Shown here: one piece after another, positions 1-8,306 of the stretch | Layout: every line of letters begins with the position of its first letter | Numbering within the stretch: position 1 is the first letter of the stretch | NCBI GenBank assembly: GCA_964606465.1 | Contig: CAZSGI010000001.1 | Coordinates: 1 to 37,004 of the forward strand | Length of the DNA stretch: 37,004 nt | Origin: an uncultured Gammaproteobacteria bacterium | GTDB lineage: Bacteria > Patescibacteriota > Patescibacteriia > UBA2169 | Reading direction: 5' to 3' | Translations under genes and position numbers: made by a program | The notes under the pieces: generated by a model | Seen by the model: the letters and a program-made list of their open reading frames with translations, nothing else | Databases searched by the model: none | What the model was told of the DNA's origin: nothing

Positions 1-37
1 GATTGCTTCGTCGGCGGGTACGCCTCCTCGCAATGAC
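1..37 (+). repeat. 3' portion of a structured palindromic repeat, truncated by the window edge; a full copy lies at 1306-1405
   Basis: gattgcttcg...cctcgcaatgac matches 1360-1405: an identical 10-mer gattgcttcg and an identical terminal tcgcaatgac. The internal hairpin differs in sequence but is still a hairpin (ggcg-ggta-cgcc versus ccgccc-ttt-gggcgg). The element ends directly at the ahcY ATG. Confidence 0.6.
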
Positions 38-1300
38 ATGCTTATGAAATACGATATTGCAAATATAAAGCTCGCTGAAGAAGGCAGGCGCAAGATTGAA
101 TGGGCGGCGCGCGAGATGGGCGTGCTTTCCTCCATTGAAGCGCGGTTCAAGCGGCAAAAGCCGTTTGTGGGCGTGCGCATCAGCGCGTGCTTACACGTTT
201 CAACCGAAACCGCGCGCTTGATGCAGGTTTTGAAAGCAGGCGGCGCTTCCGTGGTACTGTGTGCGTCTAACCCGCTCTCAACCAAGGACGATGTTGCGGC
301 TTCATTAGTCAAACACTCAAAGATTCCGGTGTTCGCCAGGGCCGGCGCGTCGCGTGATGCGTTTTACCGACACCTGAAAGGCGCGATTGCGTCAAAACCC
401 CACATCACCATGGATGACGGGGCTGACCTTTTGACGCTTTTGCACACACAGCACCCGCGCCAATTGTCAGGCATGTACGGTTCTACCGAGGAGACCACCA
501 CCGGCATCATCCGCCTAGCCGCCATGGAGGCCGTGGGCGAGCTCAAACTGCCCGTCATCGCGGTGAACGACGCGGCAACCAAGCATTTGTTCGACAACCG
601 GTACGGCACGGGCCAGAGCACCATGGACGGCGTCATCCGCGCCACGAACGTGCTCATTGCCGGGAAAACCGTGGTCGTCGCCGGGTACGGCTGGTGCGGC
701 AAGGGGGTTGCCATGCGCGCGAAAGGCCTCGGCGCGCACGTCGTAGTCACCGAAGTTGACCCGGTCCGCGCATTGGAAGCGGTGATGGATGGTTTCAGCG
801 TCATGACCATGGCACAGGCGGCTCCGCGCGCTGACATCATTCTTACGGTCACCGGTTCTTGCGCCGTGGTGAGCCGGGACGTCATCAAAAAACTGAAAGA
901 CGGAGCAATCATCGCAAACTCCGGGCACTTTGATGTTGAGATTGATGTGGCGGCCCTCAAAAAGATGGCGCCGCGTGCCCACGCGTTGCGCGAGCACGTG
1001 CAGTCGTTCCAATTGCGTTCGGGGCGCACCGTCAATTTGCTCACGCACGGCCGCTTGGTCAACCTCGCTGCCGCTGAAGGGCACCCGTCCGCGGTCATGG
1101 ATACGAGTTTCGCATGCCAGGCGCTCGCGGCCGAGTACCTCGTCAAAAACCGCGGCGCATTGTCACCGGGCGTCCACCGGCTGCCGAAAGCGCTGGATCA
1201 AAGAATCGCCTCGCTTAAACTCGCCTCGCTCGGCGTCAAGCATGATGCTTTGAGCAAGCGGCAGAAACAGTACCTTGCGTCCTGGAGCGAGGGGACGTAG
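38..1300 (+). CDS. ahcY: adenosylhomocysteinase (S-adenosyl-L-homocysteine hydrolase)
   Basis: 420-aa ORF with family hallmarks: CLHVSTETA, MDDGADL, STEETTTGIIRL, and the NAD-binding VVVAGYGWCGKG...VVVTEVDP. ATG at 38, with an alternative ATG at 44. Confidence 0.96.
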   Translation: MLMKYDIANIKLAEEGRRKIEWAAREMGVLSSIEARFKRQKPFVGVRISACLHVSTETARLMQVLKAGGASVVLCASNPLSTKDDVAASLVKHSKIPVFARAGASRDAFYRHLKGAIASKPHITMDDGADLLTLLHTQHPRQLSGMYGSTEETTTGIIRLAAMEAVGELKLPVIAVNDAATKHLFDNRYGTGQSTMDGVIRATNVLIAGKTVVVAGYGWCGKGVAMRAKGLGAHVVVTEVDPVRALEAVMDGFSVMTMAQAAPRADIILTVTGSCAVVSRDVIKKLKDGAIIANSGHFDVEIDVAALKKMAPRAHALREHVQSFQLRSGRTVNLLTHGRLVNLAAAEGHPSAVMDTSFACQALAAEYLVKNRGALSPGVHRLPKALDQRIASLKLASLGVKHDALSKRQKQYLASWSEGT

Positions 1301-1305
1301 CAGAT

Positions 1306-1405
1306 GTCATCGCGAGCCCGGCGTATGCCGGGCGTGGCGATCCCGTCAAATTTTCACGGGATTGCTTCGGTCGCCCGCCCTTTGGGCGGCCTCCCTCGCA
1401 ATGAC
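1306..1405 (+). repeat. about 100-nt repeat element predicted to fold as a four-way junction
   Basis: Outer stem gtcatcgcgag (1306-1316) pairs with ctcgcaatgac (1395-1405), 10 of 11 positions. Inner hairpins: gcccggc-gtat-gccgggc (1316-1333); gcgatcccgt-caaattttc-acgggattgc (1337-1365, one G-U); ccgccc-ttt-gggcgg (1375-1389). Confidence 0.65.
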
Positions 1406-1412
1406 ATTTTTT
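1306..1412 (+). terminator. candidate intrinsic terminator of ahcY (structured repeat followed by a T-run)
   Basis: The closing stem of the element ends at 1405. A run of six T follows at 1407-1412, 6 nt or more after the ahcY stop at 1300. Confidence 0.4.
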
Positions 1413-1414
1413 GT

Positions 1415-1444
1415 TTGGAGAAATTTTCTACTTTATGATATAAT
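1415..1444 (+). promoter_or_regulatory. sigma70-type promoter with extended -10
   Basis: TTGGAG (1415-1420), an 18-nt spacer, then TGaTATAAT (1436-1444). The ATG of the next gene is at 1451, only 6 nt after the -10 hexamer. Confidence 0.55.
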
Positions 1445-1450
1445 CCATGC

Positions 1451-2899
1451 ATGGCAATTACGCAATTCACAGGCAAAACGCTGTTGCAAGAAGACACGTT
1501 AGGCCGCATCCAGAAGGAGGTAGCGGGCCTACTTTCGGATAAGGACGTTGCAGGCGCTTACGCGGCGAGCCAGCACATCAAAACCGAGCTCTCAAACCTC
1601 CCCAAAGAGGATGTTGCGCCCGTGCTGCTTGAGTACCGAAAGATAACGAGCTCTCTGAAGGCGCTCGCGCTCCCGGTGCTCTCCGGAGAGGAGGTGGAAG
1701 GTTTGCTCGCGAACAACTTGGAGTTTCTGGATACGCAATCCGAGCCGCTCGTGGTTTCCGGTCTTTCCGCGTGGCTCGCCTCCCAGCCGGATGACGTTGC
1801 TGGAGCGTTGAAAGAGAAGTTTCGCTCGCGCCTTGACCAGGACGCTCCGTTTGCGCCCAAGCTGTCCGCCATGCTTGCCGAGTTGCCGCGAGAAGGGCGT
1901 GCATCACCCGCGGCTTTCGCGCCCCGAGACGACGGTTTTTTGGTTCCGAGCGAGCGGGAAGACGTTTCACAATCGGCCCGCAAGGCGAGCGCGGTGAGCG
2001 CGCGCCCTCCCGCGGATTCTGAAATTGATTCCATCGCGAGGAACTTCTACAGCCTCGCCGGAAGCCGCGAGGGCGAGGAGGCGTTCGTGCGGCGGGGGGC
2101 GGCCTTGGTCCGCTCCCGGTTGCGGGATGTCCGCACCCGGGCGGAATTCTCGGATTACGCGGCTCGCCCCTTTGCGGCGGGCGGTTTGGGGCTTTCCGGA
2201 GAGTACCTCGACCGCGCCGAACGCATGGTACAGGAAGCTTACGAACGCGCGCACCGGATCGGCCGCGCCGTGAGTGCGGCTCCCCTCGGAGCCGCCTCCA
2301 CGCCCGAACCAAAACCTCCCCAAGAAACGCAACCTCCCGGCCCTGCGCAGCCGCAAGGGGAATCCCAGAAGGAGGTGGACGCGCTCATTGCCGGAGCTAC
2401 GGAAGACACCGCGCTCGCCGACCTTCTGAAAGGAAAAAATTCCCCGTCGGTTCAGTCCTCACCCTCCGCGCCTGTGCCGCCTCCGGCCGCGCCGCGCCGG
2501 TCCGCTGTTTCGTCAAAACCCCGCATGGATGACGTCACGCCGCCCAAGGGCTCTGTTGACCGCGCCGGGGTGGGGGAGACGCGCGCGATGGGCCTCTCGG
2601 ACGAGCTCGGCACCGTTACGCTCGCCGATTTCCGGAGCCTCGGTGCGGGAGCGGTTGCGCGGCAGACCATTCTGGGAAAAATCGCGACCTTGGAGGGCGA
2701 GTCCATCGCCCAGAAGGCGGCCGGCGTGCGCGCCCTGCGGAGGAGCCCGCTCTTTGGCGCGTACCTCGCCGTCGGGGACGCGGCGCTTGCGGGCGGCAGG
2801 AAACTCGTCGGTGCGCTTGCGGATCCTGCCGTGAATCCCGAACGCATGACCGAGGACGAATTTTTCACCATCGCGGACCTCGCCGGTAAATTAAAATAA
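1451..2899 (+). CDS. hypothetical protein with an Ala/Pro-rich central low-complexity region
   Basis: 482-aa ORF with an ATG start, first gene after the promoter at 1415-1444. No recognisable catalytic motif. The C-terminal about 120 aa look globular (LADFRSLG...SPLFGAYLAVGD...EDEFFTIADLAGKL). Confidence 0.7.
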   Translation: MAITQFTGKTLLQEDTLGRIQKEVAGLLSDKDVAGAYAASQHIKTELSNLPKEDVAPVLLEYRKITSSLKALALPVLSGEEVEGLLANNLEFLDTQSEPLVVSGLSAWLASQPDDVAGALKEKFRSRLDQDAPFAPKLSAMLAELPREGRASPAAFAPRDDGFLVPSEREDVSQSARKASAVSARPPADSEIDSIARNFYSLAGSREGEEAFVRRGAALVRSRLRDVRTRAEFSDYAARPFAAGGLGLSGEYLDRAERMVQEAYERAHRIGRAVSAAPLGAASTPEPKPPQETQPPGPAQPQGESQKEVDALIAGATEDTALADLLKGKNSPSVQSSPSAPVPPPAAPRRSAVSSKPRMDDVTPPKGSVDRAGVGETRAMGLSDELGTVTLADFRSLGAGAVARQTILGKIATLEGESIAQKAAGVRALRRSPLFGAYLAVGDAALAGGRKLVGALADPAVNPERMTEDEFFTIADLAGKLK

Positions 2900-2916
2900 A
2901 TGTATCTGCTGACGCC

Positions 2917-3390
2917 ATGCCCCAATTCGTGGTACCCCAATTCATAGACGTTGAAGACAAAATCATCGGCCCCATCACCACCCGGCAGTTCATCATGGGC
3001 GTGGTCGCCACGCTCGCGGTGTTCCTCTCGTACAAGCTGTCGGATACCGCGCTTTTTGTGCTTGAAGCCATACTGATCGTGGGCGCGTACGTGCTCGTCG
3101 CGTTCGTGAAAATCAACGGCCAGCCGTTCTATCAATTTTTGCTCTCGGTGATTCGCTCGCTGGTGCGTCCAATGTTACGGGTGTGGTCCAAGGCCGGTTC
3201 CCGTCGCGAGAGAGTTTCCCCCCGGGCCGAACCCCCCCACGCAGCCGTTGCAAGCCGGATCGTTCCGAAAGTCCGCCCCCGAACGCGCACGCTCGCGGAA
3301 CTCTCGCTCTTGGTTGACACGGGCGGCAAGTACCGGCCGGAAGAAATTTTAGCGCAGCGCGCCGCGAACCAAAACCATGCCGAAAAGTAA
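2917..3390 (+). CDS. PrgI-family (VirB3-like) small membrane protein of Gram-positive-type T4SS
   Basis: The N-terminus MPQFVVPQFIDVEDKIIGPITTRQFI is the motif I recognise for PrgI-family proteins. Two hydrophobic helices follow. The gene sits immediately upstream of VirB4. Confidence 0.8.
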   Translation: MPQFVVPQFIDVEDKIIGPITTRQFIMGVVATLAVFLSYKLSDTALFVLEAILIVGAYVLVAFVKINGQPFYQFLLSVIRSLVRPMLRVWSKAGSRRERVSPRAEPPHAAVASRIVPKVRPRTRTLAELSLLVDTGGKYRPEEILAQRAANQNHAEK

Positions 3391-4057
3391 ACTCGCAAAA
3401 AACAAAACCATCTCCTCCACCCAGAGCTACCTGGATATCGCGGAAATCCGCGACGACGTGGTGGTGGCAAAAGACGGCTCCGTGCGCCAGGTGCTCTTGG
3501 CGTCATCAATCAACTTCGCGCTCAAGAGCGAGGATGAGCAGAACGCAATCCTTTCGGGGTACCTCTCGCTTTTGAACTCCCTCGATTTCAGTTTGCAGAT
3601 CGTGGTGCAGTCGCGCACTCTCAACATCGACGCCTACCTCGAGGATCTCAAGCAGCGCGCGAGCGAGCAGACCAACGATTTGCTGCGCACGCAGATCCAG
3701 GAGTACCGCTCGTTCGTCTCCGAGCTCGTGACGTTGGGTGACATCATGGGCAAGCGGTTCTACATCGTGGTGCCCTACCACCCCGGCAAGGACGCGAAGA
3801 AGAGCTTCGTTGCCCAGCTCTCGACCGTGTTTTCGCCGGGTAAGATCATCACCCTCTCGGAAAAGATTTTCGCCCGGTACCAGGAGAAGCTTGCGAGCAG
3901 GGTGAATACCGTGTCCAGCGCGCTCGCGAGCCTCGGCGTCACCGCGGTGGTGCTCCCCACGCAGAGTTTGATTGAGCTCTACTACGGTTCGTACAACCCC
4001 GAGCTTTCGCAAATCCAGAAGCTCCCCGCGGAGGAGGAGATGCAGATTGATGAATAG
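3377..4057 (+). CDS. VirB4 N-terminal-domain-like protein encoded as a separate ORF
   Basis: STQSYLDIAEIRDDVVVAKDGSVRQVLLASSINFALKSEDEQNAILSGY resembles the extreme N-terminus of Gram-positive VirB4/TraE-type ATPases. It overlaps PrgI by 14 nt and the ATPase ORF by 8 nt. Confidence 0.75.
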   Translation: MPKSKLAKNKTISSTQSYLDIAEIRDDVVVAKDGSVRQVLLASSINFALKSEDEQNAILSGYLSLLNSLDFSLQIVVQSRTLNIDAYLEDLKQRASEQTNDLLRTQIQEYRSFVSELVTLGDIMGKRFYIVVPYHPGKDAKKSFVAQLSTVFSPGKIITLSEKIFARYQEKLASRVNTVSSALASLGVTAVVLPTQSLIELYYGSYNPELSQIQKLPAEEEMQIDE

Positions 4058-5990
4058 CATGTTTGACCCCCAACAAACACAACCCAGCGCGCCTAAGCAA
4101 CCTCCCTCCTCCCCGGCTTCGGAGTTTGAGCTCATCGTTTCCGAGAAAACCCTTGCCCAGGGAGAGGCGGGCATCCGCGATGTCATTGCCCCGGCTTCCA
4201 TGCGCATCCAGCCCGACCACCTGGAGCTCAACGGGCTGCACACGCGCACCCTGTTTGTGACCACGTTCCCGCGCTACATCAGCGTGGGGTGGTTTTCGCC
4301 GATCATCAACCTATCGGCCACCATGGACATCGCGTTGTTTTTTTACCCGGTTTCGAGCGACCTGATTCTGAACCAACTCAAGAAGAAAGTGGGGAACCTG
4401 GAGGCCCAGCTGATTGAAGACAAGGAGAAGGGCGCGCCGCGCGATCCCTTGCGCGAGACCGCGCTGCGGGACATCGAGCAGCTCCGGGACGCGATTACGC
4501 AGGGGGTGGAGCACTTTTTCCAGCACGCCCTGTACGTCACGCTGTACGCGCCTTCAAAGAAAGCGCTGGACCAGCTCACCGAGAATGTTGAGCTCCTGTT
4601 CGGCTCCAAGATGGTCGCGACCCGGCGGGCCCTGTGGCAGATGGAGCAGGGTTTCAACTCAACGCTGCCGCTCGCGAACGACGAGCTCGGCGTCTCCGTG
4701 AACCTCAACACGAGCCCTGCCGCGAGCTCGTTCCCGTTCGTCTCCTCGGATTTGACGAGCGATTCCGGCATCCTGTACGGCATCAACCGGCACAACAACT
4801 CGCTGGTTCTGTTCGACCGGTTTTCACTTCAGAACGCGAACTCCGTGGTGTTCGCCACCTCCGGCGCGGGCAAGAGCTACAGCGTGAAGCTGGAGGTCTT
4901 GCGGAGCATGATGATGGGCACGGACGTGATCATCATTGACCCGGAGCGCGAGTACGAGCACCTCGCCGAGAGCGTGGGCGGCACGTACGTGAACATCTCT
5001 CTGAACTCGGAGGCCAAGATCAACCCCTTTGACCTGCCGCGCGCCGTTGCGGAGGGGACGAGCGCTTCGGACATCATCCGCTCCAGCGTGATCACCCTGA
5101 AGGGGCTGGTGCGCCTGATGCTCGGGGAGTTCGAAAGCGCCGAGGATTCGCTCGCGGACCGCGCCTTGCTTGAAACGTACGCCAAGCGCGACATCACCGC
5201 GGAGAGCGACCTGCGTTCGGTTGAGCCCCCGCTGATGCAGGATTTCGCCGAGGTGCTTCTGAGCATGGAAGGCGGGCAGTCGCTCGCGGAACGGCTCAAG
5301 AAGTACACCGAAGGCACGTTCGCGGGTTTGCTCAACAACCCCACGAACGTGGACATGTCAAACCAGCTCGTCATCTTTTCGGTGCGGGATTTGGAGGACG
5401 AGCTGCGGCCTATGGCCGTGTACACCATCGTCAACTACATCTGGAACGTGGTGCGGTCTTCCCTCAAAAAGCGCATCCTCGTGATTGACGAAGCCTGGTG
5501 GCTGATGCAACATGAAGACAGCGCCAAGTTCATCTTCGCCCTGGTGAAGCGGGCGCGCAAGTACTTTTTGGGCGTCACCACCATCACGCAGGACGTGAAC
5601 GACTTTCTGGGGAGCCCCTACGGCCAGGCGATCGTGACGAACTCCGCGCTGCAGCTCCTGCTGCGCCAGTCGCCGGCCGCGATTGACAACGTGGTCAAGA
5701 CGTTCCTGCTCACCGAAGGGGAGAAGTACCTGCTCTTGGAGGGCAGCGTCGGCGAGGGCATCTTCTTCGCAGGGAACAAGCACGCGGCCATCAAGGTGGT
5801 GGCCTCGTACACCGAAGATCAGATCATCACCTCCGACCCCCGGCAACTCCTGGAAATCGAGCAGGCCAAAAAAGAGTTTGCGCGGCAGAACGCGGCGGCT
5901 TCGGAGGACGGCGCACCCGAGGCGCTGCCGCAGCCTCCTCGCGTTCCCCATGAGCCGCCGCAGCCCGCGGACTCATCAACCGTTCAGTAA
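4050..5990 (+). CDS. virB4: VirB4-type T4SS ATPase (middle and C-terminal ATPase domains)
   Basis: Walker A FATSGAGKSYSVK and Walker B RILVIDEAWWLM. It also has IAPASMRIQPDHLELNGLHTRTLFVTTFPRYISVGWF, typical of VirB4 upstream of the ATPase core. I chose ATG 4050 (gATGAAtag overlap with the upstream stop) rather than the alternative start at 3972. Confidence 0.92.
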   Translation: MNSMFDPQQTQPSAPKQPPSSPASEFELIVSEKTLAQGEAGIRDVIAPASMRIQPDHLELNGLHTRTLFVTTFPRYISVGWFSPIINLSATMDIALFFYPVSSDLILNQLKKKVGNLEAQLIEDKEKGAPRDPLRETALRDIEQLRDAITQGVEHFFQHALYVTLYAPSKKALDQLTENVELLFGSKMVATRRALWQMEQGFNSTLPLANDELGVSVNLNTSPAASSFPFVSSDLTSDSGILYGINRHNNSLVLFDRFSLQNANSVVFATSGAGKSYSVKLEVLRSMMMGTDVIIIDPEREYEHLAESVGGTYVNISLNSEAKINPFDLPRAVAEGTSASDIIRSSVITLKGLVRLMLGEFESAEDSLADRALLETYAKRDITAESDLRSVEPPLMQDFAEVLLSMEGGQSLAERLKKYTEGTFAGLLNNPTNVDMSNQLVIFSVRDLEDELRPMAVYTIVNYIWNVVRSSLKKRILVIDEAWWLMQHEDSAKFIFALVKRARKYFLGVTTITQDVNDFLGSPYGQAIVTNSALQLLLRQSPAAIDNVVKTFLLTEGEKYLLLEGSVGEGIFFAGNKHAAIKVVASYTEDQIITSDPRQLLEIEQAKKEFARQNAAASEDGAPEALPQPPRVPHEPPQPADSSTVQ

Positions 5991-5999
5991 CCCACGCAT

Positions 6000-6617
6000 A
6001 TGTCGCCACGAACCAAAGCAATCGCCATCATCGCCGGCAGCGTCATCCTGTTCGGTTTGCTCATTGCAACCATTTTTGATCTGTTTCCGGGTGAGCCGGA
6101 AGCGGTGCCGAGCGAGGAGGCGCCGGTCGTGCTCCCGGACCGCGACGCGGGGTTGCCCGAGGGAGCGGTGTTTGAGGCCGCGAATGCGGACGAGTTTGCG
6201 GCGACGAACCCGGGCGCGGGCAGCTCGGCCAAGCAGGGCGCGATTGAGCGGGAAGCAGAGGAGCTCGCCGTATTTTTCATTGAGCGGTTCGGCACCTACT
6301 CGTCTGACGCGGGGTTAACCTACCTTGACGACCTTTCCGCCTTTCTGACGGCCGCCATGCGCTCGCGTACGGAGTCCTACCGGTTGGCGTCACCCGCGCG
6401 GGAGGGATTCTATTCCATCACCGCCGAGCTTGCGAGCATTGAGGCTGACTCGGTTTCGCTCGGTGAGCGCAGCGCGCGGTTTCGCGTGGTGGTGAACCGG
6501 AGCGAGTTCTCGGCGGGTACGACCGAGGCGTACCAGCAGGACGCGGTGGTGAGCCTCGCGCAGTCCGGCTCCGGGGAGTGGCTGGTGGATTCCGTGGTGT
6601 GGGGCGATAGGCGGTAG
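6000..6617 (+). CDS. membrane-anchored protein, possibly a VirB8-like (NTF2-like fold) T4SS component
   Basis: N-terminal TM helix AIAIIAGSVILFGLLIATIF followed by an approximately 150-aa extracytoplasmic domain. The position in the T4SS-like operon is suggestive. The fold assignment is inference only. Confidence 0.6.
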   Translation: MSPRTKAIAIIAGSVILFGLLIATIFDLFPGEPEAVPSEEAPVVLPDRDAGLPEGAVFEAANADEFAATNPGAGSSAKQGAIEREAEELAVFFIERFGTYSSDAGLTYLDDLSAFLTAAMRSRTESYRLASPAREGFYSITAELASIEADSVSLGERSARFRVVVNRSEFSAGTTEAYQQDAVVSLAQSGSGEWLVDSVVWGDRR

Positions 6618-6619
6618 GT

Positions 6620-7111
6620 ATGGCGTTCCCCGGAGAAACAGCGCTCCGCGACGCGGAGGCTGTGGAGCCGCACGAGGAGCGCTCCGCGGCCGAAGCGCTG
6701 TACGCGCGGCGTCTCGCCGCGAAGCGCGCGCTGTACGAGCGGCCGCGGCTTCGGCCCGCGGTACAAGAGGCGGAGGGCGAACGACCTGCTCCGGAGCGAT
6801 TCTCACCCTCTACCACTCGGATTTCTCCGGAAGGGAGCCTTGATGAGGTGTCCGGCAGAGCAGGGGAGGACCGCGTGTCCGATCTGTACCGCAACTTGCG
6901 CGAGAGCGCGCGGGCGAAACTTGCTCGCGCCGCGCAGTCCAAAGCCCAGAAAGCGGCCGTGAAGTGGGGCATCCGGCTCATCCTGCCCTACCTCCTTCCG
7001 ATTCTTGCCGTCATCGGGGTGATTCTCGCCATTGTGGGACTCGCCGTACTCCTCACCACCTTGCTCCCCGCTCCCGGCGCATCGCCGTTTGCGCTGCCAC
7101 CGGTAACGTAA
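6620..7111 (+). CDS. hypothetical tail-anchored membrane protein
   Basis: ATG lies 3 nt after the upstream stop. The N-terminal part is charged and Arg/Ala/Glu-rich; the C-terminal segment WGIRLILPYLLPILAVIGVILAIVGLAVLLTTLL is hydrophobic. It fills the operon gap, but the region is high-GC, so coding is less certain. Confidence 0.5.
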   Translation: MAFPGETALRDAEAVEPHEERSAAEALYARRLAAKRALYERPRLRPAVQEAEGERPAPERFSPSTTRISPEGSLDEVSGRAGEDRVSDLYRNLRESARAKLARAAQSKAQKAAVKWGIRLILPYLLPILAVIGVILAIVGLAVLLTTLLPAPGASPFALPPVT

Positions 7112-7138
7112 CACCTGTATCAGAAGATAGAAACTCAT

Positions 7139-8296
7139 ATGAAATCCCGAATACTGATTATCACGTTGCTCTTTGTTGCCGCGTTCGCAAACCCCGCTCC
7201 CGGCCGCAGCCAGCAGGACCCGTTGCCCCCCATAGACGCGTCGTCCCCATCGGCCGTTGATCCTGGAATCCAAACAAACGAGCAGCCGCCGCTTACCGCA
7301 AAACTCGCGATACCCCTGCCGTTTGTTCCGGAGAACCCCAGCTTATCGCAGTATATCGCGGGCGTGTACCGGCTGCTCATCGGTTTGGCCGCGCTCTTTG
7401 CGGTGGTGATGATCATGGTCGGCGGCTACCAATGGATATTCTCGGGCGGCTCGTCCGACAAGACCGGAGCCGCAAAGAAGCGCATCTTCGGCGCCGCCAT
7501 CGGCTTAATACTCGCGTTGCTCTCGTACGTGATCCTGAACGCCATCACCCCGCGGCTGGTGGCCTTGCGCCTGCCGGACGTTACGCCGGTGAGGACCATT
7601 GGTTTTTCGGAGCAAGACAGTTGTAATGATCGGGAAAACACCGTGGTAAAGCAGTTCTGTAAAGATAAAAATAATTGCTTGGCGAATAAGAGTGTGCCGT
7701 CTCCTGAATTTAACATCAGTTTAGATAAAGCAGCCTGCGGTTTCCGCTATTTGGTGAGCGCTGATTTGCAGAATGCCAACGGCGAGTGCGGGGGCGACGT
7801 ATGTGTTGACGGCAGCGGAGTATGTTTCCACGGCAAATGCAAGCGAGCGTATCTATATGGTGATCTTGTTGCGGAGCAAGCGGTTCAGCCGACGCCGCAT
7901 CGTCGAAGTGTCAAGAAGATAGCCATACGCACCGTGTGTCGGAACGTCGCGATTACGAGCAATGAGCGCGAAATTTCGGATAATGCGCGAACCTATGCCT
8001 TTTTACGTGATGAGTCTCAATTCAGCCCGGGCGTTATCGGCAATATACTTGGTTTAGCGCTCTGCACCATTGGCGATCCAAAAGGGTATGTGTTGGAGAT
8101 TGAGGTTAATACCGGTTTTTTGGGCGGATTCAATAATCACTACCTTGTGGGCAAGGATTGCACGAAATCGGTTGTTGAATTCCGAAATGAATTACCCTCG
8201 TTTGATGATGTTGCTCCGAGTGAATTGTTTCAGAAAGAAGATTTTGAAGCAGGTGTACGGTGTAATTTAGATACTCATAATTTTCCTAGATATTAG
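7139..8296 (+). CDS. T4SS pilin-domain (TrbC/VirB2-like) protein fused to a Cys-rich C-terminal domain
   Basis: Signal peptide MKSRILIITLLFVAAFA. Pilin core LSQYIAGVYRLLIGLAALFAVVMIMVGGYQWIFSGGSSDKTGAAKKRIFGAAIGLILALLSYVILNAITP, which reads as helix, basic loop, helix. An approximately 225-aa extension with 12 Cys follows. Confidence 0.8.
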   Translation: MKSRILIITLLFVAAFANPAPGRSQQDPLPPIDASSPSAVDPGIQTNEQPPLTAKLAIPLPFVPENPSLSQYIAGVYRLLIGLAALFAVVMIMVGGYQWIFSGGSSDKTGAAKKRIFGAAIGLILALLSYVILNAITPRLVALRLPDVTPVRTIGFSEQDSCNDRENTVVKQFCKDKNNCLANKSVPSPEFNISLDKAACGFRYLVSADLQNANGECGGDVCVDGSGVCFHGKCKRAYLYGDLVAEQAVQPTPHRRSVKKIAIRTVCRNVAITSNEREISDNARTYAFLRDESQFSPGVIGNILGLALCTIGDPKGYVLEIEVNTGFLGGFNNHYLVGKDCTKSVVEFRNELPSFDDVAPSELFQKEDFEAGVRCNLDTHNFPRY

Positions 8297-8306
8297 ATAG
8301 CGCGTT

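Noticed and set aside
1-37. SAH riboswitch upstream of ahcY
   Set aside because: ahcY is often controlled by an SAH riboswitch. The visible 37 nt do not match the conserved SAH-riboswitch core as I remember it. The same element also recurs downstream of ahcY in front of an unrelated gene, so it is a generic repeat.
1306-1405. Integron attC site / gene-cassette structure around ahcY
   Set aside because: The imperfect palindrome after an ORF is superficially attC-like. However, the ends (GTCATCG...CAATGAC) lack the RYYYAAC/GTTRRRY core sites, no intI is present, and ahcY is a housekeeping gene.
3972-4049. N-terminal extensions offered by the ORF track (VirB4 from 3972; also 20623, 22072, 23269, 25165, 26429, 29250, 33661, 34836, 35317, 16463 and 17657)
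   Set aside because: The extensions translate to Arg/Ser-rich junk, overlap the upstream gene, or start at GTG/TTG. In-frame ATGs further in give canonical N-termini: signal peptides, prepilin motifs, INLLP, and the ComF zinc finger.
7616-8296. Diversity-generating retroelement idea for the low-GC Cys-rich C-termini (also 22976-23262)
   Set aside because: CPR genomes often carry DGRs. I found no reverse transcriptase ORF and no template-repeat copy of either C-terminal region in the window. The two domains are also unrelated to each other.
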